Source: Dehalococcoidia bacterium (lineage in GTDB: Bacteria > Chloroflexota > Dehalococcoidia > UBA2979). Taken from it: a stretch of 33,930 nt of DNA. The position numbers and the translations under genes are program-made. The notes under the pieces are model-generated. The model was not told the origin of the DNA. It did not search any database and worked only from the letters and a program-made list of their open reading frames with translations. The stretch lies in the NCBI GenBank assembly GCA_034420495.1, contig DAOULG010000183.1:1-33930 (forward strand), written 5' to 3'. Below, one piece after another: positions 7,305-16,733 of the stretch (the first letter of the stretch is position 1; each line of letters opens with the position of its first letter).

Positions 7305-8297
7305 GTGACGACCGCCGCCCCCGACGTCGCCGCCGCCGCCCTGCTCGTCCGCGGCGACGGCCGCGTCCTGCTGGTGCGCCACCGCGACGACGACGGCGCC
7401 TTCGCCGGCAGCTGGTCGCTCCCGATGGAGCCCGTCGCCCCCCACGAGACGGTCGAGGAGGCGCTGGAGCGCGCCGTGCGGGATCGCGTGCACATCGAGC
7501 CGGGTCCCTGCGAGTTCTCCGAGACGCTCTACCTGGTGGGAGCGGAGGGGACGAGGGTGGTGGCGAACGCCTTCGTCTGCCGCGACTGGACGGGGGAGCC
7601 GCGGTTCGATCGCCGCCGCTACCAGGACGCGGCGTGGATCGGGGCATCCGCCCTCTCCGGGGAGGCCGGCGGAGGTCGGGGCGAGCTCGAGGCGCTCCCC
7701 GAGGAGCTGCGCGCGTGGCTCGCGGGCGAGCTGGGCGCCCCCCGGGCCGCCGGCGCCGGCGGGGACGGCCCCGCCGGCCCGCGCTCGGGGGAGGAGCTCC
7801 TGGGGGAGCTCGCCGCCGCGCGCGAGGAGCTCCTCGCGGCCTTCGACGCGCTCCCCGCGAGCGCTCGCGAGAGGCCCGCCGGGGGGTCGTGGACGCCCGT
7901 GGACCTGCTCGCCCTGGCCGGGAGCGCCGAGGCCTACCTCGCCGCGGAGGCGCGCCGGCTGCTGGAGGTGCCCGGCCACGCGTGGCGCCCCTTCAACGCC
8001 GGCCAGTGGGAGGCGGAGCAGCGCTCGCGGGGCCGCCCCGGGGAGGCGGCGGCGCGTGCCCGGCTCCTGCGCGTGCGCGCGGAGACCGAGGCGTGGCTCT
8101 CGGGCCTGGATGAGACGGAGCTCTCCGCCTACGGTCTCCACCCGGAGCGGGGCGCCGTGACCATCTCCAGCCGCCTCGCGACGATCGCGGCCCACGACCG
8201 CGAGCAGGCTCAGGTGCTGGGGCGGCCCGGGGGCGGCGGGGAGAGCGCGGCGGAGAGCCGCGCCGCCGGGGCGGGGGATGATCCGTGCTGCTACTGA
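7305..8297 (+). CDS. two-domain protein: degenerate Nudix-fold N-domain plus DinB/DinB_2-like helical C-domain
   Basis: 330-aa ORF, GTG start 10 nt after the trpE stop, with its 3' end overlapping trpG by 13 nt. The N-terminal region aligns by eye to the Nudix fold ([15 protein letters not shown]..., [18 protein letters not shown]). The C-terminal half ([17 protein letters not shown]...[13 protein letters not shown]) resembles DinB-like four-helix-bundle domains. GC3 is high throughout. Confidence 0.6.
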   Translation: MTTAAPDVAAAALLVRGDGRVLLVRHRDDDGAFAGSWSLPMEPVAPHETVEEALERAVRDRVHIEPGPCEFSETLYLVGAEGTRVVANAFVCRDWTGEPRFDRRRYQDAAWIGASALSGEAGGGRGELEALPEELRAWLAGELGAPRAAGAGGDGPAGPRSGEELLGELAAAREELLAAFDALPASARERPAGGSWTPVDLLALAGSAEAYLAAEARRLLEVPGHAWRPFNAGQWEAEQRSRGRPGEAAARARLLRVRAETEAWLSGLDETELSAYGLHPERGAVTISSRLATIAAHDREQAQVLGRPGGGGESAAESRAAGAGDDPCCY

Positions 8298-8899
8298 TAG
8301 ACAACTACGACTCGTTCACCTTCAACCTCTTCCAGTACCTCGGGGAGCTCGGGGCGGAGATCGCCGTGCACCGCCACGACGAGATCACCGTGGAGGAGGC
8401 GCTCGCGCTCGGGCCCGAGAGGATCGTGATCTCGCCGGGGCCGTGCACGCCCGACGAGGCGGGGATCTCGGTGGGGCTGGTGCGCGCGGTCGCCGCCGGC
8501 GAGCGGCCGATCCCGCTGCTCGGGGTCTGCCTGGGCCACCAGTGCATCGCGCAGGCCTTCGGGGGCGTCGTCCGGCAGGCCGGCGAGATCCTCCACGGCA
8601 AGACCTCGCAGGTCACGCACGACGGGCGGGGCCTCTTCGCCGGCCTGCCGGAGCCGCTCGAGGCGATTCGCTATCATTCGCTCGCCGTCGAGCCCGACTC
8701 GCTCCCCACCGAGCTCGAGGTGACGGCCCGGGCCGAGAGCGGGGTGATCATGGCCCTCCGTCACCGCTCGCTCCCCATAGCGGGGGTGCAGTTCCATCCC
8801 GAGTCGATCGCCACCGAGGCGGGACACGCCCTGCTGCGGAACTTCCTGGAGATGCCGGCCGCCCCGGGCGGCGCCGCGCCCGGCCGCGGGGAGGCGTGA
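8285..8899 (+). CDS. trpG: anthranilate synthase component II (glutamine amidotransferase)
   Basis: 204-aa ORF beginning [19 protein letters not shown], with the catalytic Cys in GVCLGHQ and the GVQFHPES His/Glu motif. Confidence 0.95.
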   Translation: MLLLIDNYDSFTFNLFQYLGELGAEIAVHRHDEITVEEALALGPERIVISPGPCTPDEAGISVGLVRAVAAGERPIPLLGVCLGHQCIAQAFGGVVRQAGEILHGKTSQVTHDGRGLFAGLPEPLEAIRYHSLAVEPDSLPTELEVTARAESGVIMALRHRSLPIAGVQFHPESIATEAGHALLRNFLEMPAAPGGAAPGRGEA

Positions 8900-9948
8900 T
8901 GGCCGGCGGCGCCGGGATCCGCGGGGCGATCGCCGCCCTCGTCGACGAGCGGCGCGACCTCGGCGAGGCCGAGGCGCAGGCCGCCATGCGCGAGATCATG
9001 GAGGGGGAGGCGACCCCCGCGCAGCTGGGGGCCTTCCTCGTCGCCCTCCGCCTGAAGGGCGAGTCGGTCGACGAGATCGTCGGCATGGCGCGCGTGATGC
9101 GGGCGCACGTCCGCCCCGTCGAGGTAGACCGGGGCCCGCTGCTCGACACCTGCGGCACCGGCGGCTCGGGGATGAAGAGCTTCAACGTCTCCACCGCCGC
9201 GGCCTTCGTGGCGGCCGGCGCCGGGGCCCTCGTCGCCAAGCACGGGAACCGGGCGGCGACCTCCCGCTCGGGCTCGGCCGACCTGCTCGAGGCGCTCGGC
9301 GCGGAGCTCTCGCTCGAGCCCGAGGCCGTCGCCGCGTGCATCGAGCGAACCGGCGTCGGCTTCATGTTCGCGCAGGCCTACCACCCCGCGATGCGGCACG
9401 CCGCCGGGCCCCGGCGCGAGCTGGGGGTCCGCACGGTCTTCAACATACTCGGCCCGCTCACCAACCCGGCCGGCGCCGCAGCCCGGGTGCTCGGCGTCCC
9501 GAGCGGTGAGATCGGCGAGAAGCTCGCGCTGGCCCTCGCGCGGCTCGGCGTCCGGCACGCGCTCGTGGTCTCGGGCGAGGAGGGTCTGGACGAGATCTCC
9601 ATCGCCGGGCCGACCACCGTCTTCGAGGTCCGGGGCGAGGAGGTCTCGCGCCGCTCGCTGGTCCCGGCCGATCTCGGGCTTCCCCTCCACGCGCTCGAGG
9701 CGGTCTCCGGCGGCACCCCGGAGGAGAACGCCGCGCTGCTGAGGTCGGTCTTCGCCGGCGACGGGCCCCCGGCCGTGCGCGACTTCGTCGTCGCCAACGC
9801 CGCCGCCGGCCTCTACGTCGCGGGGCTCGCCTCATCGCTCCGGCAGGGGGCCGAGCAGGCGCGGGAGGCGATCGAGAGCGGCGACGCGGCGGCGCGGGTC
9901 GGCTCCTTCGTCGAGGCGACCCGCCGGCTCGCCGCCGGCGGGAGGTGA
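8899..9948 (+). CDS. trpD: anthranilate phosphoribosyltransferase
   Basis: This is the in-frame C-terminal 349 aa of track ORF 8278..9948. ATG 8899 overlaps the trpG TGA by 1 nt (GTGATGG). Motifs are DTCGTGGSG..FNVSTAAAFV and KHGNRA. Confidence 0.93.
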   Translation: MAGGAGIRGAIAALVDERRDLGEAEAQAAMREIMEGEATPAQLGAFLVALRLKGESVDEIVGMARVMRAHVRPVEVDRGPLLDTCGTGGSGMKSFNVSTAAAFVAAGAGALVAKHGNRAATSRSGSADLLEALGAELSLEPEAVAACIERTGVGFMFAQAYHPAMRHAAGPRRELGVRTVFNILGPLTNPAGAAARVLGVPSGEIGEKLALALARLGVRHALVVSGEEGLDEISIAGPTTVFEVRGEEVSRRSLVPADLGLPLHALEAVSGGTPEENAALLRSVFAGDGPPAVRDFVVANAAAGLYVAGLASSLRQGAEQAREAIESGDAAARVGSFVEATRRLAAGGR

Positions 9949-9952
9949 GGCG

Positions 9953-10834
9953 ATGGCCGAGCCGCTGAGGCGCACCGGCACCGTGCTCGACCGCATCGTG
10001 GCCGGCGTGCGCGAGCGCCTCGCCCTCCGGCGCCGCGAGCAGCCGGAGTCGCAGCTCTCCGCGCTCGCCGCGCTCCTCCCGGGCCGGCAGGTCGACTTCT
10101 GCGCGCGGCTTGAGTCCGGAACGCCCCGCACGCCCGAGGGCGCGCGCCTGCAGCTGATCGCCGAGATCAAGAGGGCGTCGCCGTCGAAGGGGGTCTTCGA
10201 CGAGCGGCTCGACGCCGCGGAGAGGGCGCGGGCCTACCGGGACGCCGGCGCGGCCTGCGTCTCGGTGCTCACCGAGGAGAGCTTCTTCCGGGGATCGATC
10301 GCCGATCTGCGCGCCGCGCGGGGGGCGTTCGGCGACGATCCGGGACGCCCGGCGCTGCTGCGCAAGGAGTTCATCTTCGACCGCTACCAGCTGCGCGAGG
10401 CCCGGGCCCACGGCGCCGACGCCGCGCTCCTGATCGCGATGATGCTCGAGCCCGCGGCGCTCGCGGAGCTCGTAGCGGGCGCGCGGGATCTCGGGATGGA
10501 GCCCCTGGTGGAGGTGCACGACGAGGAGGAGATCCGCGCGGCGGTCGACGCCGGCGCGCGCGCGGTCGGCGTGAACAACCGCGACCTCAGGAGCTTCGAG
10601 GAGGACCTGGCGACGACGGAGCGGCTGGCGCCGCTCCTCCCGCGCGGCGTCGTGCTCGTCGCCGAGTCCGGCATCCGCGCCGCCGCCGATGCCGGACGCA
10701 TGCACCGGGCGGGGGCGCGGGCGCTCCTGGTCGGGGAGGCGCTCGTGCGGGCGGGCGAGGACGGCGTCGCCGCCGCGGCGCGCGAGCTGATGCTCCTCGA
10801 CTCCCCCCGCGCCGCCGGCGTCGCGCCGCCGTGA
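9953..10834 (+). CDS. trpC: indole-3-glycerol-phosphate synthase
   Basis: 293-aa ORF with [12 protein letters not shown], the FIFDRYQL region and VGVNNRDL. Confidence 0.93.
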   Translation: MAEPLRRTGTVLDRIVAGVRERLALRRREQPESQLSALAALLPGRQVDFCARLESGTPRTPEGARLQLIAEIKRASPSKGVFDERLDAAERARAYRDAGAACVSVLTEESFFRGSIADLRAARGAFGDDPGRPALLRKEFIFDRYQLREARAHGADAALLIAMMLEPAALAELVAGARDLGMEPLVEVHDEEEIRAAVDAGARAVGVNNRDLRSFEEDLATTERLAPLLPRGVVLVAESGIRAAADAGRMHRAGARALLVGEALVRAGEDGVAAAARELMLLDSPRAAGVAPP

Positions 10835-11577
10835 GCCTCGTCAAGATCTGCGGCAACAGGACGCCCGACGACGTGCTCGGGGCGGCGGAGGCGGGAGCCG
10901 ACTTCGTCGGCATGATCTTCGCGCGCTCGGAGCGCCGCGTCGACGCCCAGCAGGCGAGCGCGATGGTCCGCGCGCTCGGAGCTCCCCTCGCCGAGCGCCC
11001 GCTCGCGATCCCGCCCCCGGCGCGCTCGCACGTGCGCGGGGAGCCGGAGGCCTGGTTCCGCCACGGGGCGCAGCTCCTGGAGTCCTACCTCGAGTCGAAG
11101 CGACCCCTCACCGTCGGCGTCTTCGCCGATCAGGGGCCCGAGGAGGTGAACGCGATCGCCGAGGAGGCCGGGGTCGATCTCGTGCAGTTCGCCGGCGACG
11201 GGAGCTGGGCGGACTGCCTGCTCCTGACGCGCCAGGCGATCCGGGTCGTGCACGTCCCGCCCGACGGCCCCCCCGCCGACCCGATGGCGGCCGTCGAGCC
11301 GGGCTTCGCCGTGGGGCTGATGCTCGACTCCGCGCACGGCCCCTACCGCGGCGGAAGCGGCCGGGCCTTCGACTGGGAGGTGGCCCGCTCGGTCTCCGCG
11401 CGCCTGCCGATATTCCTCGCGGGCGGTCTCACTCCCGACAACGTCGGCGAGGCGGTGGCGACCGTCCGGCCGTGGGCGGTCGACGTCGCCTCGGGCGTGG
11501 AGCGCGAGGGCCGCAGGGACGGCGACCTGGTCCGCGCCTTCGTCCGGGCGGCGAGGAGCGCGGGGGCGCCGGCGTGA
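10831..11577 (+). CDS. trpF: phosphoribosylanthranilate isomerase with an internal insertion
   Basis: 248-aa ORF with [11 protein letters not shown] at the N-terminus and GGSGRAFDW...[10 protein letters not shown]...VDVASGVE at the C-terminus. GTG 10831 overlaps the trpC stop (GTGA). It is about 40 aa longer than typical TrpF. Confidence 0.88.
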   Translation: MSLVKICGNRTPDDVLGAAEAGADFVGMIFARSERRVDAQQASAMVRALGAPLAERPLAIPPPARSHVRGEPEAWFRHGAQLLESYLESKRPLTVGVFADQGPEEVNAIAEEAGVDLVQFAGDGSWADCLLLTRQAIRVVHVPPDGPPADPMAAVEPGFAVGLMLDSAHGPYRGGSGRAFDWEVARSVSARLPIFLAGGLTPDNVGEAVATVRPWAVDVASGVEREGRRDGDLVRAFVRAARSAGAPA

Positions 11578-12770
11578 GCGGGCACGGCGCGGCGCTGCCG
11601 GACGCGGAGGGGCGTTTCGGCGACTTCGGGGGGCGGTACATACCCGAGACGCTGATGCCGGCCATCGCCGAACTCGAGTCGGCGTACCGGCGCGCGGCGG
11701 CCGACGCCTCCTTCCGGCAGGAGCTGGACGATCTCCTCGCGAGCTACGCCGGGCGCCCCACGCCCCTGACCCGCGCGTCGAATCTCACCGAGGCGCTCGG
11801 GCCGCGCATCTACCTCAAGCGCGAGGACCTGCTGCACACCGGGGCGCACAAGATCAACGCCGTGCTCGGCCAGGCGTTGCTGGCGCGCGGGATGGGGAAG
11901 CGCCGCATCGTCGCTGAGACCGGTGCCGGCCAGCACGGCGTCGCCACCGCCACCGCCTGCGCGCTGCTCGACCTGGAGTGCGTCGTCTACATGGGCGCGG
12001 AGGACGTGCGCAGGCAGTCGCTCAACGTCTTCCGGATGAAGCTCCTCGGCGCCGAGGTCCGTCCCGTGGAGGCCGGCTCGCGCACGCTCAAGGACGCGAT
12101 CAACGAGGCGATCCGCGACTGGGTGACCAACGTTGCGAGCACCCACTACCTGTTGGGGAGCGTCGTGGGACCGCATCCCTACCCGGAGATGGTGCGCGAC
12201 TACCAGGCCGTGATCGGGCGCGAGGCGAGGGCGCAGCTGCTCGAGGTAGAGGGCCGCCTGCCCACGGTCGCCGTCGCCTGCGTCGGCGGAGGCTCCAACG
12301 CCATCGGGCTCTTCCACGCCTTCCGGGACGACCCCGTGCGCCTCGTCGGCGTGGAGGCGGCGGGCGAGGGGCTCGACGGGCGCCACGCGGCGACGCTCTC
12401 GGCGGGGGCGCCCGGGGTGCTGCACGGCGCCCGCTCCTACGTCCTGCAGGACCCCAACGGCCAGATCGTGGAGGCGCACTCGATCTCGGCGGGCCTCGAC
12501 TACCCGGGGGTGGGGCCGGAGCACGCCTGGCTCAAGCTGGCGGAGCGCGCGGAGTACGTCTCGGTGACCGACCGCGAGGCGCTGGCCGGCTTCGAGCTGC
12601 TCTGCCGGAGCGAGGGGATCATCCCCGCGCTCGAGCCGGCGCACGCGCTCGCCTACCTGCCGACGCTGGCCGAGGAGCTCGGCCCGGACGACATCGTGCT
12701 GCTGAATCTCTCGGGGCGCGGCGACAAGGACATGGGCACCGTCGCCGACGCCCTCGGCGTGACGCTCTAG
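11574..12770 (+). CDS. trpB: tryptophan synthase beta chain
   Basis: This is the in-frame part of track ORF 11472..12770. GTG 11574 overlaps the trpF stop (GTGA). Motifs are [16 protein letters not shown], the [12 protein letters not shown]-lysine motif and GGGSNAIG. Confidence 0.95.
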   Translation: MSGHGAALPDAEGRFGDFGGRYIPETLMPAIAELESAYRRAAADASFRQELDDLLASYAGRPTPLTRASNLTEALGPRIYLKREDLLHTGAHKINAVLGQALLARGMGKRRIVAETGAGQHGVATATACALLDLECVVYMGAEDVRRQSLNVFRMKLLGAEVRPVEAGSRTLKDAINEAIRDWVTNVASTHYLLGSVVGPHPYPEMVRDYQAVIGREARAQLLEVEGRLPTVAVACVGGGSNAIGLFHAFRDDPVRLVGVEAAGEGLDGRHAATLSAGAPGVLHGARSYVLQDPNGQIVEAHSISAGLDYPGVGPEHAWLKLAERAEYVSVTDREALAGFELLCRSEGIIPALEPAHALAYLPTLAEELGPDDIVLLNLSGRGDKDMGTVADALGVTL

Positions 12771-12774
12771 TCCC

Positions 12775-13515
12775 GTGCGCGCCGACCGCTCCCCCGTCCC
12801 CGCCGCCGCGCCGGCCCCGCCCGGCGGCGCGGGGCTGCCGTGGCGGTTCTCCGACCTCGCCGCGGGCGTGGGCGCCCTCCTGCTGGCGCTGGCGCTCGCC
12901 GTCGCGCTGCTCGTGGCCCTCGGCGCCCCGTCGGACGGCGGAGAGGAGTGGAGCGTGGGTGCCGCCATCGGCATCAACGCCGCCATGGCCGGGATCGTGC
13001 TCGGCCTCGCCGCCCGCCGCGGCATCGCGCTCGGCGATCTGGGGTTCCGCCGCCCCGCGCGCTGGGGCTTCGTGCTCGTCGCCTGGCTCGGCGCGTACGC
13101 CGTGCTCGCCCTCTACGGGGGGCTCCTGCTGCTGCTCGAGGCCCTCGGGCTCGACGTCGCGGTGCTGCGGGAGGGGAACCCGCCGCCCGTCGCCGCCGAC
13201 GCCGGGGCGGCCGCGGTGCTCGTCGCGGCGTTCGCCGTCGTCGCCGCGGCGCCCGTGGGAGAGGAGCTCTTCTTCCGGGGGCTGCTCTACGGGGGACTGC
13301 GGAGCCGCTCGCGGCTCGTCCCCGCGCTCCTCCTCTCCGGCATCCTCTTCGGGCTCTTCCATCTCAACATCGGCGTGCTCGTCCCCTTCGCGGCGATCGG
13401 GGTGCTCTTCGCGTGGGCCGTCGAGCGGTCGGGCTCCCTCTGGACATCCATCGGGGCGCACGCGGCCTTCAACTCGGTCGCCTTCGGCCTCCACGTCGCC
13501 GGGGCCGGCTCGTGA
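12775..13515 (+). CDS. CPBP-family (CAAX/Abi) intramembrane glutamic endopeptidase
   Basis: 246-aa multi-TM ORF with all three CPBP motifs: EELFFRG (EExxxR), FGLFH (FxxxH) and HAAFN (HxxxN). It starts 4 nt after the trpB stop, and its stop overlaps the trpA start. Confidence 0.8.
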   Translation: MRADRSPVPAAAPAPPGGAGLPWRFSDLAAGVGALLLALALAVALLVALGAPSDGGEEWSVGAAIGINAAMAGIVLGLAARRGIALGDLGFRRPARWGFVLVAWLGAYAVLALYGGLLLLLEALGLDVAVLREGNPPPVAADAGAAAVLVAAFAVVAAAPVGEELFFRGLLYGGLRSRSRLVPALLLSGILFGLFHLNIGVLVPFAAIGVLFAWAVERSGSLWTSIGAHAAFNSVAFGLHVAGAGS

Positions 13516-14342
13516 GCGCGGCCGCGGGCGGGGACCGGCTGGAGCGCGCCTTCGCGGGGGCGCGTGCCGAGGGGCGGCCGGCGCTGCTCCCGTTCCTTCC
13601 CGTCTGCTGGCCGGAGCGCGACGCCACGCCGGAGATCGTGCGCGCGGCGGTCGAGGGCGGCGCCGACGCCGTCGAGCTCGGCTTCCCGTTCAGCGACCCG
13701 CTCGCCGACGGCGTGACCAACCAGCGGGCCTACGAGGAGGCGATCGCCAACGGCGCGACCCTTGAGCGTCTCTTCGCCATCACCCGGGAGCTGCGCGCCG
13801 AGGGCGTTCGCGTGCCGTTCCTGATCATGGGATACTTCAACCCCCTGCTCGCCTACGGGGCGCGCAGGTTCGTGCGGGACGCTGCCGAGGCCGGCATCGA
13901 CGGGCTGATCGTGGTCGACCTCCCCCCGGAGGAGGCCGCGGGGTTCCAGTCGCTGGTCCGGGCAGCCGGCATGCACGTGGTGTACCTGCTGGCGCCGACC
14001 TCGACCGACGAACGGATCGCTCGGGTCGCGGAGGCCGCAAGCGGGTTCATCTACTGCGTGAGCGTCGCCGGCGTGACCGGCTCGCGAGCGGAGCTCCCTC
14101 CCGCGCTTCCCGAGCTGATCGGGCGGGTGCGGGCGCGGACCGATCTCCCGCTCGTCGTCGGCTTCGGCATCTCGGAGGCGCGGCACGTTCGGGAGGTGGG
14201 CCGCATCGCGGACGGCGCGGCCGTGGGGAGCGCGTTCGTCCAGGCCGTCCGCGAGGCACCGCGGGAGCGCCGGGCCGAGCGGGTCCGGGAGTTCGTGAGG
14301 GGGATCGCCGGCCGCGAGCCGGCCGCGCCGGACGCGGACTGA
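13512..14342 (+). CDS. trpA: tryptophan synthase alpha chain
   Basis: This is the in-frame C-terminal 276 aa of track ORF 12840..14342. GTG 13512 overlaps the CPBP stop (GTGA). Motifs are [18 protein letters not shown] and GFGIS. Confidence 0.93.
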   Translation: MSAAAGGDRLERAFAGARAEGRPALLPFLPVCWPERDATPEIVRAAVEGGADAVELGFPFSDPLADGVTNQRAYEEAIANGATLERLFAITRELRAEGVRVPFLIMGYFNPLLAYGARRFVRDAAEAGIDGLIVVDLPPEEAAGFQSLVRAAGMHVVYLLAPTSTDERIARVAEAASGFIYCVSVAGVTGSRAELPPALPELIGRVRARTDLPLVVGFGISEARHVREVGRIADGAAVGSAFVQAVREAPRERRAERVREFVRGIAGREPAAPDAD

Positions 14343-14429
14343 GCGGGACCCCCGCGGCGGCGCACCGCTCGCCTCCCGGCTCCGCCGGGGCGGCACCGCG
14401 GGTGCAGGCGGGATGGGAGCGCACGCGTC

Positions 14430-14825
14430 ATGCCGGTCCGCGGTATCCGGGGCGCCACAACGGCGGAGACGAACTCCCGCGAGGCGATTCTCGCGGCGAC
14501 CTCCGAGCTGCTCGACTGCCTGGTGCGCGCCAACGGCGTCCGGCGCGAGGACGTCGCCTCCATCCTCTTCAGCACCACCCCCGACCTGAACGCGGAGTTC
14601 CCCGCGGTCGCCGCCCGCGAGGCCGGCTGGGCCGACGTCGCGCTGCTCTGCATGCACGAGATGAGCGTGCCGGGCAGCCTGCCGCAGTGCGTGCGCATCC
14701 TCGTCCACGTCAACACGGACCGCACCGCGGACGAGATGGAGCACGTCTACCTGAGGGGAGCGCAGGCGCTCCGACCCGATCTTGCGGCCAGGCCGGAGCC
14801 CGGGCCCGGGGAGGGTGCGCCGTGA
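14430..14825 (+). CDS. aroH: AroH-class monofunctional chorismate mutase
   Basis: 131-aa ORF beginning [14 protein letters not shown]....I, the diagnostic N-terminus of AroH-type chorismate mutases, followed by ILFSTTPDL. Confidence 0.88.
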   Translation: MPVRGIRGATTAETNSREAILAATSELLDCLVRANGVRREDVASILFSTTPDLNAEFPAVAAREAGWADVALLCMHEMSVPGSLPQCVRILVHVNTDRTADEMEHVYLRGAQALRPDLAARPEPGPGEGAP

Positions 14826-15865
14826 TCGTCGTCATGCAGATCGGACACGAGCCCGAGCAGCGGGAGGCCGTCGTGAGCCGGATCCGCGAGCTCGGGCTCA
14901 GCGAGCGCCCGATCGTCGGCGTCGAGCGCACGGTGATCGCGGTCCTGGGGCAGGTCTACCCCGAGCTGCGGGACGAGTTCGCGACGATGGAGGGCGTCGA
15001 CGACGTCGTGCCGATCTCGAAGCCGTACAAGCTCGCCTCGCGGGAGACCCATCCCGAGGACACCGTGGTGGAGCTTCCGCACGGTCTCCGGGTCGGGGGC
15101 GGCGAGACCGTGGTGATCGCCGGCCCGTGCTCCATCGAGAGCGAGGAGCAGTTCTTCGAGTCGGCGCGGGCCGTGCGGCGGTCGGGCGCGCACATCCTGC
15201 GGGGAGGCGCCTTCAAGCCCCGCACCTCGCCCTACTCCTTCCGCGGGCTGGGGCTCGAGGGCCTGCAGCTGCTGGCCGCCGCCGGCGCCGAGCTCTCCAT
15301 GCCGGTCATCACCGAGCTCCTCTCCGAGCGGGACGTGGAGGCGGTCGCGGAGTACGCCGACGTGCTGCAGATCGGCGCGCGCAACGCGCAGAACTTCTCC
15401 CTCCTGGACGAGGTGGGCCGGGCCGGGAAGCCGGTCATGCTCAAGCGCGGGCTCTCGGGGACGATCGAGGAGTGGCTGCTCGGCGCCGAGTACATCCTCG
15501 CCCAGGGAAACTCGGAGGTGATCCTCTGCGAGAGGGGCATACGGACCTTCGAGGTCGCGACCCGCAACACGCTCGACCTCAACGCCGTCGCGATGGTGAA
15601 GCGGCTCTCCCACCTCCCCGTCCTCGCCGATCCCTCGCACGGAACGGGGAAGTGGTACCTCGTCGAGCCGATGACGCTTGCGGCGCTGGCCGCGGGGGCG
15701 GACGGCGTGATGGTGGAGGTGCACAGGAGCCCCGATCACGCGCTCTCCGACGGGGCGCAGTCCCTGACCCCGGAGAACTTCGACGGGCTGATGCAGCGCG
15801 CCCGCGGCGTCGCGGAGGCCGTCGGGCGGCCGCTCCGCCCGCTCCCCGCGGCGATGCCCCGATGA
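14822..15865 (+). CDS. aroF: 3-deoxy-7-phosphoheptulonate (DAHP) synthase, type I-beta, with an N-terminal ferredoxin/ACT-like regulatory domain
   Basis: This is the in-frame C-terminal 347 aa of track ORF 14402..15865. GTG 14822 overlaps the aroH stop (GTGA). Catalytic motifs are [31 protein letters not shown] and DPSHG. An N-terminal extension of about 70 aa ([21 protein letters not shown]...) resembles the Thermotoga-type regulatory domain. Confidence 0.92.
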   Translation: MIVVMQIGHEPEQREAVVSRIRELGLSERPIVGVERTVIAVLGQVYPELRDEFATMEGVDDVVPISKPYKLASRETHPEDTVVELPHGLRVGGGETVVIAGPCSIESEEQFFESARAVRRSGAHILRGGAFKPRTSPYSFRGLGLEGLQLLAAAGAELSMPVITELLSERDVEAVAEYADVLQIGARNAQNFSLLDEVGRAGKPVMLKRGLSGTIEEWLLGAEYILAQGNSEVILCERGIRTFEVATRNTLDLNAVAMVKRLSHLPVLADPSHGTGKWYLVEPMTLAALAAGADGVMVEVHRSPDHALSDGAQSLTPENFDGLMQRARGVAEAVGRPLRPLPAAMPR

Positions 15866-15878
15866 GCGGGGCGCCCGT

Positions 15879-16673
15879 GTGAGGGCGGAGGAGGCGGCCG
15901 GCGCGGGCGCGGACCAGTTCGCGCTCAGTCTCCCCGCCTTCGAGGGACCGCTCGACCTGCTGCTGCACCTCATCGAGCGTCGCGAGCTCGACGTCACGAC
16001 CGTCTCGCTGCTCGAGGTCACCGAGCAGTACCTCGCACATCTGCGGGCGGGAGATCGCATCGACGTCGCGCGCCTCGCCGAGTTCATCGCGATCGGGGCC
16101 CGGCTGCTGCTGCTGAAGTCCCGCGCGCTCCTCCCCCGGCCCCCGGAGGAGGAGGAGGACGCGGAGGAGGAGGACGCGGAGGCGCTCGTCGCCGCGCTCC
16201 GCGAGTACAGGCGATACCGGGATCTCGCCGTCGAGCTCCGGACGCGGGGCGACGCGGGGCGCTCCTACCGCCGCGAGGCCCCGCCCGCGGAGCGGCCGCC
16301 GGGGAGCGGCCTCGACGGCGTCGGGACGGAGGCGCTCGCGGCGACCTTCCGCGAGGTGCTCGCGCGCTTCGCCGCCGAGCAGGCATCCCAGGCCCCTCCC
16401 GTCGCCCGGGCGCGCGTCCGCCTGCGCGACCGCATCGAGATGCTCGTCGCGCGGCTGGAGGAGGATCGCCGCCTCTCGTTCCGGCGCCTGCTGGAGGGGG
16501 CGCGGTCCCGCATGGAGGTCGTCGTCGACTTCCTCGCCGTGCTGGAGCTGATCAAGGCGGGGTTCGTCGAGGCGGTGCAGAGCACCCCCTTCGGCGACAT
16601 CGAGATCGAGCGGCGCGTCGGCGCCCTGCCGCCCGTGCCCGCGCAGCTCGGGCTCGATCTCCCCGACCAGTAG
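15879..16673 (+). CDS. scpA: segregation and condensation protein A (kleisin of the SMC complex)
   Basis: 264-aa ORF with the FEGPLDLLLHLIERRELDV N-terminal motif and a C-terminal winged-helix region (VVVDFLAVLELIK). Confidence 0.85.
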   Translation: MRAEEAAGAGADQFALSLPAFEGPLDLLLHLIERRELDVTTVSLLEVTEQYLAHLRAGDRIDVARLAEFIAIGARLLLLKSRALLPRPPEEEEDAEEEDAEALVAALREYRRYRDLAVELRTRGDAGRSYRREAPPAERPPGSGLDGVGTEALAATFREVLARFAAEQASQAPPVARARVRLRDRIEMLVARLEEDRRLSFRRLLEGARSRMEVVVDFLAVLELIKAGFVEAVQSTPFGDIEIERRVGALPPVPAQLGLDLPDQ

Positions 16674-16697
16674 ACCCGTGCCGCCCCGCGCGGGCGG

Positions 16698-16706
16698 TGC
16701 TACGAT
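16698..16706 (+). promoter_or_regulatory. extended -10 promoter element TGCTACGAT upstream of ribF
   Basis: It has the same 12-mer context (GTGCTACGATCG) as at 2170-2181. It lies 28 nt upstream of GTG 16734, in the 60-nt scpA-ribF gap. Confidence 0.4.
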
Positions 16707-16733
16707 CGCCCCGTCCACCGGTCCCGGTCGCTC

